A stretch of DNA of 62,177 nt, filler included, from Chiloscyllium plagiosum (GCF_004010195.1; 4 parts of one record of this genome joined end to end with filler, not necessarily neighbours in it); one strand, 5' to 3'; counted from the whole stretch's first letter, positions 50,390 to 61,753 are shown. The notes: generated by a model not told the origin, from the letters alone. Numbers and translations are program-made.

Positions 50390-53300
50390 ACAAACAGGAG
50401 AATGAAAGAACAGAGCAAGCCAGGCAGCATCATGAGGTTTAGAAGTCAATGTTTTGAGTATAACCTTTCTTCAGGAATGGAGGTGGACATAGGACGAGCT
50501 ACAGATAAAGGGGGTCGGGGGTTTGGGTTGGGAAGAGTAGCAGAATGGTGAGGTAGTGATAGGTGGATACAGGTAAGTGGATAAGATCTAGTTGGTTGAT
50601 GGTTGGGATGAATCCGGTTAAAGGCTGGAAAATAGGGTTGATAGGTGGAATGGAAGGGAAGAGGCGGGGTTGCAAAGGGATGGGTGAGAAGGTTATTTCA
50701 AATTGGAGAACTCAATGTTAAGTTGTCCAGGCTGTAGGCTGTCCAGGTGGAAGATGAGGTGCTGTTCATCCTATTTGCAGTCTGATTCACAGCGGCAATG
50801 GAGGAGGCCGAGGATGAATATGTCGGAGAGGGAGTGAGGGGGGAATTGAAATGAGCGGTGACTGAGAGGACAGGCTGACCCTTTCAGGCCTGGAAATGAT
50901 GCTGGGTGAAACGTTCACTTAGTTAACGCTTGGTCTCACCGATGTAGAGATGCCAACATTAGGTGCGCCGGATGCAGTAGACTAGATTGGAGGAGATCCT
51001 CCAATTCATCTGGAAGGATTGTTTGGGGCCCTGGAGGTGAGGGAGTGGTGCATCAGCAGGGGAATGTGACACAAATCAAGGAGTGGCAAAGGGAACAGTC
51101 CTTATGGAAGGCAGAGGTGGGGTGGGGGGGGGGTTTGGGGGGAGATGTTCTGGATGGTAGGGTCAAATTGGAGTTGGCAGAAGTGTTTGAGCATAGTACA
51201 TTGGATGCGGAGGCTGAGGGAATGGAAAGTCAGGACAAGGGGAAACTCTACTTTTATTATGTTTGATGGGATTATTTAGAGCAGTGGAGTGGAAAATGGA
51301 CGAGGTGCGGAGAAGGTTGTCTGGTTGACACAGGGAGGAGAAAAACATTGTTTGAAATAGGACAACATCTGGGATGCTTGGGAGTGGAACATCTCCTCAT
51401 CAGAGCAGATGCAACAGAGATGGAGGAATTAGGAAAACGGGATGGAGTTTTTGCAGGATAGAGGGTGGGACGAGGTGTAGTCCAGGTACTTATGGGAATC
51501 TGTAGTAAATATCAGTCTGTAAAATGTCACCGGGGATAGAAACAGAGAGGTCAAGTAAGGTGAGGGTCATGTCCAAAATAGACCAAGTGAATTTGAGGGC
51601 ATGGTGGAAATTGTTGGCAAAGTCAATGAACTGCTCCAATTCAGGCTGGTGCAGAATGCAGCACCAACGCAGTCATCAACATAACAGCAGAAGAGTTGGG
51701 GAACAGTACCGGTGTATGTACTGAAAAGGGATTGTTCGATGTAACCGACAAAGAGCCGCGCATAGCTAAGGCCCATGTGAGTGCTCATGGCCACTCCTTG
51801 GATTTGGAGAAAGTGGGAAGAATTGAATGAAAAGTTATTGAGGGGGAGGATTAATTTAGCGAGGCTAAGGAGGGTAGTGTTGGGGGGAGGACTGAATGAG
51901 ACTGTTGCAGAGGTAAAAACTGAGGGCCTACAGGCTGTTAATGTGGGGTATTGATGTGTATAAGGACTGCACGTCTATCGTGAAGATGAACTGCTGGGGG
52001 CATGGTTTTTGTCCCGGATGTAGGTGGGAAGCGCCTGGACTAAAGGGGAGAGAATGGAGTCAAGGTAGGAAGAAATGAGTTCAGGTGGGATAAGAACATG
52101 TGGAGATGATGGGTTGGCCGGGGTACTTAGGTCTTGGGGAGCAGATAGAACTGGGCAATGTGGGGTTGGCAGACTATGAGGTTGGAGGTAGTGAAGGGGA
52201 GATCACTGGAGGCAATGAGGTCATGGGCAGTGTGGGAGGTGGTGACTTGGTGGGCCAAGGTGGAGATAGAACATGGTGTTGGAGAGCTAGCGTTCAGCCT
52301 CTGTGACATAGAGGTCCATCATCCAGACCACTGCCCAGCCTTTGTCAACAGGTTTAATAGTAAAATGGGGATTGATATGCAGACAGTGGAGAGCGGCATG
52401 TTCAGAGACGGTGAGGTTGGAGTGGGTGAGGGGGAGTACAGAAATTGAAGCAGTTGATGTCACGTCGGCAGTCAATAAAGTGGTCTAGGGTAGGTAACAG
52501 GCCAGGAGGGGGTGTCCAAGAGGAAGCAGAAGGTTGGAGGCTGGGGAAGGGGTCCTCGGAGAGTAGTTGGGATTCTTTATCAGAGAAGACAGAGAGGCAA
52601 AGGCAGAGGCAGCGGAAGAAGAGCTCCACATCATGGCAGGCATGAAACTTGTTAAGGTGAGGGTAGAGGAATACGAATGTGAGCCCTTTACTAAGGGTAG
52701 ATTGTTCAACCTCAGAGAGTTCAAGGTCGGGGGTAAGATTTTGGAGTCCATTGTGAAGGTTGAGATTTCTGAATACTTGCAAGTATATGGTAAAATAGAT
52801 GCAACATCAGTATGGTTTCATCAAGGGAAGGTCACGCCCAACAAATCTGCTACAATATTTGAGGAAATAACAAGCAGGTTAGAGCAAGGAGAGCCAATTT
52901 TATCTGAAAACAAATCTTCAAGTTCAGTGAGCTAATTTACAGACTTAGAGCCAATGGATGTATATACCTGGACTTCAAGAAGATCTTTGACAAGTTGCTG
53001 CACAGGAGGCTGCTGAGCAAGGTAAGAGCCAATGGTGTTAGAGACAAGGTACTACCACGGATAAAAGATTAACTGTCTGGCAGAAAGCAGAGAGTGAGGA
53101 TAAAGGGTGGACAGGTTGGACCCTCCTTTTTCAGAGTGGCAGCCAGTGACAAGTGGTGTTCAGCAAGGGTTAGTGTTGGGACCACAAATTTTCATTTTAT
53201 ACAATAATGATCTAAAAAGAGTCATAGAGATGTACAGCATGGAAACCGACCCTTCGGTCCAACCTGTCCACGCCGACCAGATATCCCAACCCAATCTAGT

Positions 53301-54772
53301 CCCACCAGCCAGCACCCGGCCCATATCCCTCCAAACCCTTCCTATCCATATACCCATCCAAATGCCTCTTAAATGTTGCAATTATACCAGCTTCCACCAC
53401 ATCCTCTGACAGCTCATTCCATACACGTACCACCCTCTGCGTGAAAAAGTTGCCCCTTAGGTTTCTTTTATATCTTTCCCCTCTCACTCTAAACCTATGC
53501 CCTCTAGTTCTGGACTCCCCGATCCCAGGGAAAAGAACTGAGGGCATTCTGGCTAAGTTTGCAGATGATACAAAGATAGGTAGAGGCTCAGGTATCTTTG
53601 AGGAAGCAGGGAGGCTGCAGGATTTGGACAGGTTAGGAGAGTGGGCAAAGAAGGGGCAGATGGAATACAATATGGGAAAGTGTAAGGTCATGAACTTTGA
53701 CAGGAAAAACATAAGCATGAACTTTTTCTAAATGGGGAGAAAGTTCAGAAGTCTGAAGTGCAAAGAGATTTGGGAGCTCTAGTTCAACATTCTCTCAAGG
53801 TAAACTTGCAGGATGGGTCAGTAGTTAGGAAGGCGAATGAAATGTACACATTGATTTTGAGGGGACTTGAATATAAAAGCAAGGCTCTATAAGTCTCTGG
53901 TCAGACCACATTTGGGGTATTGTGGGCAATTTGGGCCCCCTATCTCAGGAACGAGGCACTGGCCCTGGAGCGTGCTCAGTGTAGATTCATGAGAATGGTC
54001 CCAGGAATGAAAAGCTTAACATATGAGGAACATTTGAGGACTCTGTATCTATACTCAATAGAGTTTAAAAGGATGAGGAGGATCTAACTGAAACATACAA
54101 AATATTGAATGGCCTGGACAGAGTGATTGTTGATAAGACATTTCCATTGGTAGGAGAGGCTAGGACCAAAGGGCACAGCCTTAGAGTAAAGGGAAGACTT
54201 GATAGAACAGCAGTAAAGAGAGATTTCTTTAGCCAGAGAGTGGTGAATCTATGGAATTCACTGCCACAGAAGGCTGTGGAGACCAGGTCATTGAGTATAT
54301 TTAAGTCAGAGATAGATAGGTTTGTGAATATCAAGGAGATCAAGGGTTATGGGGAGAAAATGGGAGAATGGGGTTGAGAAACTTATCTGACTCAATGGAC
54401 AGATTGCCCTAATTTCTGCTCCTAAGTTTTTTTTTATGGGTTGGTGAATATGCTGCAAGGCTCAGGGGTCAGGCTTTAGGAAGGTTTCAAGGAGGTTAAA
54501 GGAGGGGAGAGAGGACGGGCAATAGCTTGTGATGGATGAGAGTTGGATGAAGTGTGATGGGTGAGAGTAGTTGTGGGGGGAGGGGTGAGTAGGAGGGTGT
54601 GGGCTGGAGGATTGGATGTAGTGGGGCTGGGGGAGATGAGGTAGAGAGGAGGGAAGAGATGGAGGGGTAGGATACATTCTGGGGGTGGACAAATGGGGAC
54701 AGAGAGGCATACTGGCCAACTGCAGACAGATGAGGAGGGGGAGGTGTGCTGGAACAGATGAAGAGAGTAGGC
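50390..54772 (-). mobile_element. Long, old PLE, possibly near full length, with nested CR1s
   Basis: LSEVEQSTLSKGLTF..FHACHDVELFFR; IKPVDKGWAVV; AMSTHMGLSYARLF..YVDD; decayed hammerhead at ~50445-50478; 13-bp TSD ccaccttgagtgg. Confidence 0.75.
52790..54430 (+). mobile_element. CR1 RT-3' fragment with a nested antisense CR1 tail (~53219-53533)
   Basis: WQPVTSGVQQG; AKFADDTKIG; FFSQRVVNLWNSLP. Confidence 0.85.
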
Positions 54773-55781
54773 CCACCTTGAGTGGGCCTACTCTTTCTCT
54801 AGCTAATTCTTGCTTCTAATATATGCATAAAATACTTTGGGATTCTCCTTAACGTTACTGACTAAGGGCATTTCATGGCCCCTTTTAGTCACCCTCTCCC
54901 CCATTTGAGCTCCTTCCTACTTTCTTTATTTTCTTCAAGGACTTTGTGTTTTCAGTTGCCTAGATCTTAAGTTTCCTTTCTTTTCTTTGATTAAGGTGAT
55001 AATCTCCCCATAATTCAACATTTCTGAATCCTGCTATTCCTATTCTACATGTTCACAGAAACATGCCTGTCCTGATCTCGAATCATCTGGTCTTTAAAAG
55101 ACTCCCCACATGTCTGAGGTGCATCTCCCCTCAAACAACCACTCCCAATCCACATTCTCCAATTCTTTCATCCAAGGTCCACTACTAATCATATCCATAA
55201 GTATATGGTCACCACTCTCAAAATGCTCTCCCACTGAAATTGTGATCAGACGGTCAGGCTCATTTCCTTAACCCAGGTCCAGTATGGCCCCCTCCCTCAT
55301 TAGAATATCAAATACTGTTTCAAAAAACCCTCATGCACACACCCAAAAAATTGTACCCCATCCAAAACTCCAACAACCTTGGTTTTTTCACATCTTTCCA
55401 GAATCTGACGACATATTTCTTCCTCTATCACCCGCTGGGAGCTGGGAGGTCAATAGTACTACCCCAGCATTATGATTGCTCCCTTCCTAGTCCTGAGATC
55501 TGACCATAATATCTCACTGCAAGATCCTCCAGGGTATCCTCCATCAACTCAGCTGTGAGATGCTCCCTAACCAGTAATGCAACTCCTCCACCTTTTGTAT
55601 CATCCTCTTTCTTGTTTAAAATATCAATATCCTGTAATATTAAACCGCCAATCCTATCCCTCTTTCAAACGAGCCTCTGTGATTTCAACAAAATAATAAT
55701 TGCATACATTAATCCAGGGTCTAAGTTCATCCGTCTTACCAGTTATATTTCTTGCATTGAAGCAAATACAATCCAATTTGT

Positions 55782-56087
55782 GGGCGGCACGGTGGCCCAG
55801 TGGTTAGCACTGCTGCCTCACAGCGCCAGAGACCCGGGTTCAATTCCCGACTCAGGCGACTGACTGTGTGGAGTTTGCACATTCTCCGGGTTTCCTCCGG
55901 GTGCTCCGGTTTCCTCCCACAGTCACAAAGATGTGCAGGTCAGGTGAATTGGCCATGCTAAATTGCCCGTAGTGTTACGTTAAAGGGGTAAATGTAGGGG
56001 TATGGGTGGGTTGCGCTTCGGCGGGTCGGTGTGGACTTGTTGGGCCGAAGGGCCTGTTTCCACACTGTAAGTAATCTAATCTAATCT
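55782..56087 (+). mobile_element. HE1-type V-SINE, full length
   Basis: gggcggcacggtggcccagtggttagc (A box), gggttcaattcc (B box), V domain, (taatc)n tail, probable TSD aatccaa. Confidence 0.92.
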
Positions 56088-56418
56088 AATCCAAGCCTCC
56101 ACTTGAGTTCAGCTCAGCAACATCTCCATAACTGCTCTTCCTCTTAACTATAGTTGGCTTTGTCTCAAGCTCTTTCCCAGTCTCTATACTTACTGATCCC
56201 CTGCCACACTAGTTTAAACCCTCCTGAGTGGCACTCTCAAACCTCCCTACCAGGATATTGGTGCTCCTATTTAAATGTATATAAATAAAATACACAGAAC
56301 ATCTTTAATAAATTATTTCTTTTTCAGCAATACAATTTCTTTCATTCTGCAAAAGTAAAATTGAAAGTAAAACAAAGTCAACTTTTCGGTTAAAGACATT
56401 CTTGATTCTTCTTTTTAC

Positions 56419-56487
56419 CTTGACTGTTATCATTCCCTTCTGAGCTTGGGATACATACAGAACATCCTGAATGCGACTGCCTTGGAG
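56419..56487 (-). CDS. Internal exon (69 nt) of the unidentified host gene
   Basis: aaattttccag|CT...CAAG|gtaaaa; in phase 1 reads (A)PRQSHSGCSVCIPSSEGNDNSQ. Confidence 0.6.
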
Positions 56488-56842
56488 CTGGAAAATTTAT
56501 CACACAACAGTTAAAAAAGAAGTACTGAGTACTAACTCATCAAAACTATTTTAAGTACAACTATCAAACATATCATTGTAGTCACAAGCAGTTTATTTGT
56601 GCACAAATCCTGAGACTGGTTAAACTCAATAATTTACATAATTATGAGAATTTTAGGTCAGAAAAAAAGGACTGTGAAGAAACTATACAAAAAGATTAAG
56701 GTCTGATTACGATCAGTAGGTGAGGAATGATTATTGGAAATGGATCTTGTTATTGTCAAATAGTCAAGAGGCATAGTCATGCTTCATCTATCATTTCTTT
56801 CATGAGTCGGGCCAGTTTTTTAATGTCATACTGTAAAGTTAC

Positions 56843-57049
56843 CAGATATCACTTCCAGAAACTTGGCATTGGTGTGATCAATCAAATGGAGAAAGGCAAT
56901 AAAAATGAGATTAAGTATCTCACAAAGCCTGGAGAGGTATAAACCAGATGAACGGCCAGGTTCCTTCTGTGCTGTCATTGATTTAAAGTGATTTTCTGTC
57001 TCTCTCAATAGTGGTAAGCACCTCCATGCTAACCAAAATGATCTGAAAC
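56843..57049 (-). CDS. Internal exon (207 nt, phase 1-1) with a hydrophobic segment
   Basis: caaacag|GT...TCTG|gtaact; (R)FRSFWLAWRCLPLLRETENHFKSMTAQKEPGRSSGLYLSRLCEILNLIFIAFLHLIDHTNAKFLEVIS, no stop codon. Confidence 0.6.
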
Positions 57050-57143
57050 CTGTTTGAATATGTAATAATATGGTGCATCATGCTCTGTGTTTCTCCTATA
57101 AGTTTGGAGAACACAGTGAAACTTTGAACATAATTTTACTTAC

Positions 57144-57233
57144 GAACTCCAAGCTGTTGCTTCTCCAGTGATGAGGGACATGAGTCTTCGGGAGGCTTTT
57201 CTAAACTACTGTCTGTTACAGATGAGACCGCTG
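57144..57233 (-). CDS. Internal exon (90 nt, phase 1-1; NAGNAG acceptor allows 87 nt)
   Basis: tactaag..tctttgtgctatcacttttag|CAG and GTTC|gtaagt; AVSSVTDSSLEKPPEDSCPSSLEKQQLGV. Confidence 0.6.
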
Positions 57234-57404
57234 CTAAAAGTGATAGCACAAAGAATACAAGCACTTAGTACAGATGTTACACACTACTAACCTAAACACA
57301 GACTTAGTGGAAGTTGCTATCATTAGCAATGCAATAATTATGTGAAAGAAGTAAAAAGACTTCCAAATTATATAGTGATTTAGCTAAGAATTGAGGAACT
57401 GAAT

Positions 57405-58404
57405 ATCAGAAAGATATTGTGAAACGTGAAAGGGTTCAGAAAAGATTTGCAAGGATGTTGCCAGGATTGGAGGGTCTGAGCTATAGGGAGAGGCTGAACA
57501 GGCTGGGACTGGTTTCCCTGGAGCGTCAGAGGCTGAGGGGTGACCTTATAGAGATTTACAAAATTATGAGGGACATGGATAGGATAAATAGACAAAGTCC
57601 TTTCCCTGGGATTGGGGAGTCCAGAGCTAGAGGGCATAGGTTTAGGGTGAGAGGGGAAAGATATAAAAGAGACCTAAGGGGCAACGTTTTTACGCAGAGG
57701 GTGGTACATGTATGGAATGAACTACCAGATGATGTGGTGGAAGCTGGTACAATTGCAATATTTAAGAGGCATTTGGATGGATATATGAATAGGAAGGGAT
57801 ATGGGCCAGATGTTGACAGGTGGGACGAGATTGGGTTGGGATATCTGGTCGGCATGGACAAGTGGGACCGAAGGGTCTGTTTCCATGCTGTACATCTAGA
57901 ACATAGAACATAGAACAATACAGCACAGAACAGGCCCTTCGGCCCACGATGTCGTGCTGAACAGTTGTCCTAGCTTAAGCACCCATCCATGTACCTATCC
58001 AATTGCCGCTTAAAGGTCACCAATGATTCTGACTCTGTCACTCTCACAGGCAGCGTATTCCATGCCCCCACCACTCTCTGGGTAAATTACCTACCCCTGA
58101 CATCCCCCCTATACCTTCCACCCTTCACCTTAAATTTATGTCCCCTTGTAACACTCTGTTGTACCCAGGGAAAAAGTCTCTGACTGTCTACTCTATCTAT
58201 TCCCCTGATCATCTTATAAACCTCTATCAAGTCACCCCTCATCCTTCGCCGTTCCAATAAGAAAAGGCCTAGCACTCTCAACCTATCCTCGTACGACCTA
58301 TTCTCCATTCCAGGCAACATCCTGGTAAATCTTCTCTGCACCCTCTCCAAAGCTCCCACATCTTTCCTAAAGTGAGGCGACCAGAACAGCACACAGTACT
58401 CCAA
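57405..58404. mobile_element. Two CR1 3' ends tail-to-tail (plus 57405-57897, minus 57898-58404)
   Basis: RVQKRFARMLPG.. on plus; EYCVLFWSPHFRK.. on minus; (catagaa)n at the junction. Confidence 0.9.
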
Positions 58405-58504
58405 NNNNNNNNNNNNNNNNNNNNNNNNNNNNNNNNNNNNNNNNNNNNTTAATTAATTAANNNNNNNNNNNNNNNNNNNNNNNNNNNNNNNNNNNNNNNN
58501 NNNN
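58405..58504. other. Scaffold gap with synthetic TTAATTAATTAA linker
   Basis: 44 N + 12 nt + 44 N. Confidence 0.95.
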
Positions 58505-60275
58505 TACAGTTAGTAAGTTTGCAGATGACACCAAAATTGGAGGTGTAGTGGACAGCGAAGAGGGTTACCTCAGATTACAACAGGATCTGGACCAGATGGG
58601 CCAATGGGTTGAGGCATGGCAGCTGGGGTTTAATGTAGAGCAGTGTCAGGTGCTGCATTTTGAACAGAAGAGCATTGAAAGACAATATACAGTTGGGGGT
58701 ATAATTGTAAAGGGGGTGCAGGAGCACAGGGAGCTGGGGAGTATACGTCACAGATCACTGAAGGTGGCAGGGCCGGGGGAGAGAGCAGTTAATAAAGCAG
58801 ACAGTATCCTCGGCTTTATTACTGGGGCAGAGAGTACAATAGCAGGGGGGTGATGTTGAACTTGTCCAGGACCCTTGTTGGTCCTCAGCTGGAGTATTGT
58901 GTACAGGGTGTGGGCCCCACATTATAGGAAAGATGGGAACGCATTGGAGAGAGTGTAGAAAGTGATTTACAGGAATGGTTTCCGGAATGAGAAACTTCAG
59001 GGATGGGGGGGGATTGAAGGTGTTGGGACTGTTCTCCCCAGAGAGAGGGTGGCTGAAAGGGTTGCAGCTGTACAGGACATTGGAATATTTTGGAATATTG
59101 CACGTAATTCTGGTCTCCTTGCTATAGGAAGGATGTTGTGAAACTTGAAAGGGTTCAGAAAAGATTTACAAGGATATAGGGAGAGGTTGAATAGGCTGGG
59201 GCTGTTTTCCCTGAAGTGTTGGAGGCTGAGGGGTGACCTTATAGAGGTTTATAAAATCATGAGGGGCATGGTTAGGGTAAATAGACAGTCTTTTCCCTGG
59301 GGTGGGAGAGTCCAGAACTAGAGAGCATAGGTTTAGGGTAAGAGGGGAAAGATAAGGGCGGCACAGTGGCACAGTGGTTAGCACTGCTGCCTCACAGCGC
59401 CAGAGACATGGGTTCAATTCCCACCTCAGGCGACTCGCTGTATGGAGTTTGCACATTCTCCCTAATTGGCCAAGTTAAATTGCCCGTAGTGTTAGATGAA
59501 GAGGGGAATGGGTCTGGGTTGCGCTTCGGCGGGATGGTGTGGACTTGTTGGGCCGAACGGCCTGTTTTCGCACTGTAATCTAATCTAATCTAATCTTAAA
59601 AAAAAAACCTGAGGGGCAACTTTTTCACACAGAGGGTGGTGCATGTATGGAATGAGCTGCCAGAGGAAGTGATGGAGGCTGGTATGATAACAGCATTTAA
59701 GAGGCATCTGGATGGGTATATGAATAGGAAGGGTTTAGCGGGATATGGGCCGGGTGCTGGCAGGTGGGACTAGATTGGGTTGGGATATCTGGTCGGCATG
59801 GACAGGTTGGACCGAAGGGTCTGTTTTCGTGCTGTACATCTCTATGACTCTATCTGATAGAGGTTTTCAGAATCAGGAGTGAGGCTAGATATGGTAGACA
59901 GTGAGATGCTGTTCCCATTTGTAAAAGGAACAGGAATATGAGTGCACTGATTTAAAATGATTTGCAAACAAGCCAAGGGTGATGTGCAAAAAAAGAACTT
60001 TTACACACAGTGACTGATAATAACTTAGATAAAATGCACATTTTGTCAAACTTCACAATTTGCCCTAATCTGGACACTTTGCAAGAATAACATACAACAA
60101 GATGTGAGAGTGTGGAATGCTCTGCCTGAAAATGCCATGGTGGCAGGTTCACTGGAGGCTTTCAGGAGGAGAGTGGGTGAAACAATGTGTGAGGTTACAG
60201 GGAAATATCGGAGAAGGGCATTAAGACACAATGCTTAGAGAATTAGTCCTGACAGAATGGTCCGAATAGCCTCTT
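58505..60275 (+). mobile_element. Nested CR1 3' fragments
   Basis: KFADDTKIGG..; a second copy at ~59060-59852 ends ctctatgactctat. Confidence 0.8.
59356..59596 (+). mobile_element. HE1-type V-SINE with internal deletions
   Basis: Same head and (taatc)n tail as 55782-56087. Confidence 0.88.
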
Positions 60276-60301
60276 TCCTTACAGGACCGATTCTGCCTCA
60301 C

Positions 60302-60427
60302 CTGTACAGCTCTTCCTGTCACTGAGCAGTTTCCAGCCAAGGTGGCAGGTACACTGTACCTGCCCGTCCACTCTCTCTGTGCAGATGTGTTCACAGCCAC
60401 CATTCTGCATTCGACAGGAGGTGATAC
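60302..60427 (-). CDS. Internal exon (126 nt, phase 1-1) encoding one EGF-like domain
   Basis: gtgttgcag|GT...ACAG|gtgagg; ITSCRMQNGGCEHICTERVDGQVQCTCHLGWKLLSDRKSCT has six cysteines in EGF spacing; not in the ORF track. Confidence 0.92.
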
Positions 60428-60549
60428 CTGCAACACCAAACACCAGGCTCAGCACAATCAGTCAGAGCAAATCTCTCAATCAGACAATCCCAGCGCAGGG
60501 TGTCAGCAATGGAGCAATTTAGGAGCAATAGGTGGGGGTGTGTGGTGCG

Positions 60550-60640
60550 GACGGTTTATGTAGAATAACAGATACCCGGGAGGGAGTTACAGACTGGAAT
60601 CTAATCAAGGGTGTCGGGGTGGTTTATATACAGAATAAAA
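60550..60640 (-). repeat. Single inverted unit of the 70-bp satellite
   Basis: agaataacagatacccgggagggagttacagactggaatctaatc is the reverse complement of the units at 61754-62031. Confidence 0.85.
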
Positions 60641-60860
60641 TATATACACACACTGTACCCATCTACCGCACCCACCCACTGTACACACACACACTACCCA
60701 CACAGTAAACACAAAGTGCACCACACTGTACAGACTTATGCTTCCCATCTGAATATTGTACACTCACACAGTGTACATTCTGTACTGACACACAGTCCAT
60801 AAACACATTGTATACAGCACACTCTACTCCCATCCCCTTCATAGGCTGATAATGAACAGA

Positions 60861-61328
60861 GAAAGTGAGGACTACAGATGCTGGAGACCAGAGTTGAAAA
60901 GTGTGGTGCTGGAAAAGCGCAGCAGGCCAGGCAGCATCCGAGGAGCAGGAGAATCTGCCTAGGATCCCTCCAACCACACGGGATGAATGTAGATCTCTCC
61001 AGCTTCCTCATTTCCCCTCCTCCCACCTTATCTCAGTCCCACCCCCACCGGATTCAGCACCGCCCTCTTGACCTGCAATCTTCTTCCCGACCTCTCCGCC
61101 CCCACCTCGTCTCCGGCCTATCACCCTCACCCTCACCCTCACCTCCTTCCACCTATCGAATTCCCAGCGCCCCTCCCCCAAATTCCGCCCCCCCCCCACC
61201 TTTTATCTCAGCCTGCTTGGCACACCAGCCTCATTCCTGAAGAAGGGTTTATGCCCGAAACATCGATTCTCCTGCTCCTTGGATGCTGCCTGACCTGCTG
61301 CGCTTTTCCAGCACCATACTTTTCAACT
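60861..61328 (+). mobile_element. PLE family A 3' end with inverted pLTR at the 5' side
   Basis: 15-bp TSD ctgataatgaacaga (60846-60860 / 61329-61343); hammerhead motif CTGAAGA at 61237 ... GAAACATC. Confidence 0.9.
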
Positions 61329-61544
61329 CTGATAATGAACAGACCCTGCTCTACAGCCTCATTCTGTCTACTCCCATTGTACATTCGTACACACTGTTAA
61401 TCTGCACTCTGTACACTACACCCATATACTATTATGGTCACCCATATACTATTATCGTCAAATCACTTCGGAGAATGGAGCCCTGTAGTGTGTGTGTGTA
61501 CATTAGCTTCCAGACTGTAACTCACTCCCAGGTATCTGTTCCCA

Positions 61545-61748
61545 TAGAATAGAACCCCTGCAAAGGGGAAACAGGACAGATCGCCCATGAATCCACACTG
61601 ACCCTCTGAAGAGTATGACACCCAGACCCATTCCCCTACCCTATTACTCTACATTTACTCCTGACTATGCACCTAACCCACGCATCTCCGAACACTATGG
61701 GCAATTTAGCAAGGCCAATTCACCTAACCTGCGCAACTTTGGATTGTG
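61545..61748 (-). mobile_element. HE1-type SINE 3' half, diverged
   Basis: ggcaatttagcaaggccaattcacct is the reverse complement of the HE1 core. Confidence 0.7.
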
Positions 61749-61753
61749 AAATT

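Larger units (their letters stand above)
49540..55780 (-). mobile_element. CR1 ORF2, split by a 4.4-kb nested insert (50390-54772)
   Basis: CR1 sequence stops at ccaccttgagtgg (50377-50389) and resumes at the same 13-mer (54773-54785). Confidence 0.75.

Noticed and set aside
55782..55860. tRNA gene
   Set aside because: tRNA-like head of an HE1 SINE, continuing into the V domain and LINE-derived tail.
56419..56487. Phase-0 reading LQGSRIQDVLYVSQAQKGMITVK of the 69-nt exon
   Set aside because: Also open, but neighbouring exons end and start in phase 1, so the phase-1 reading was preferred; not excluded without transcript data.
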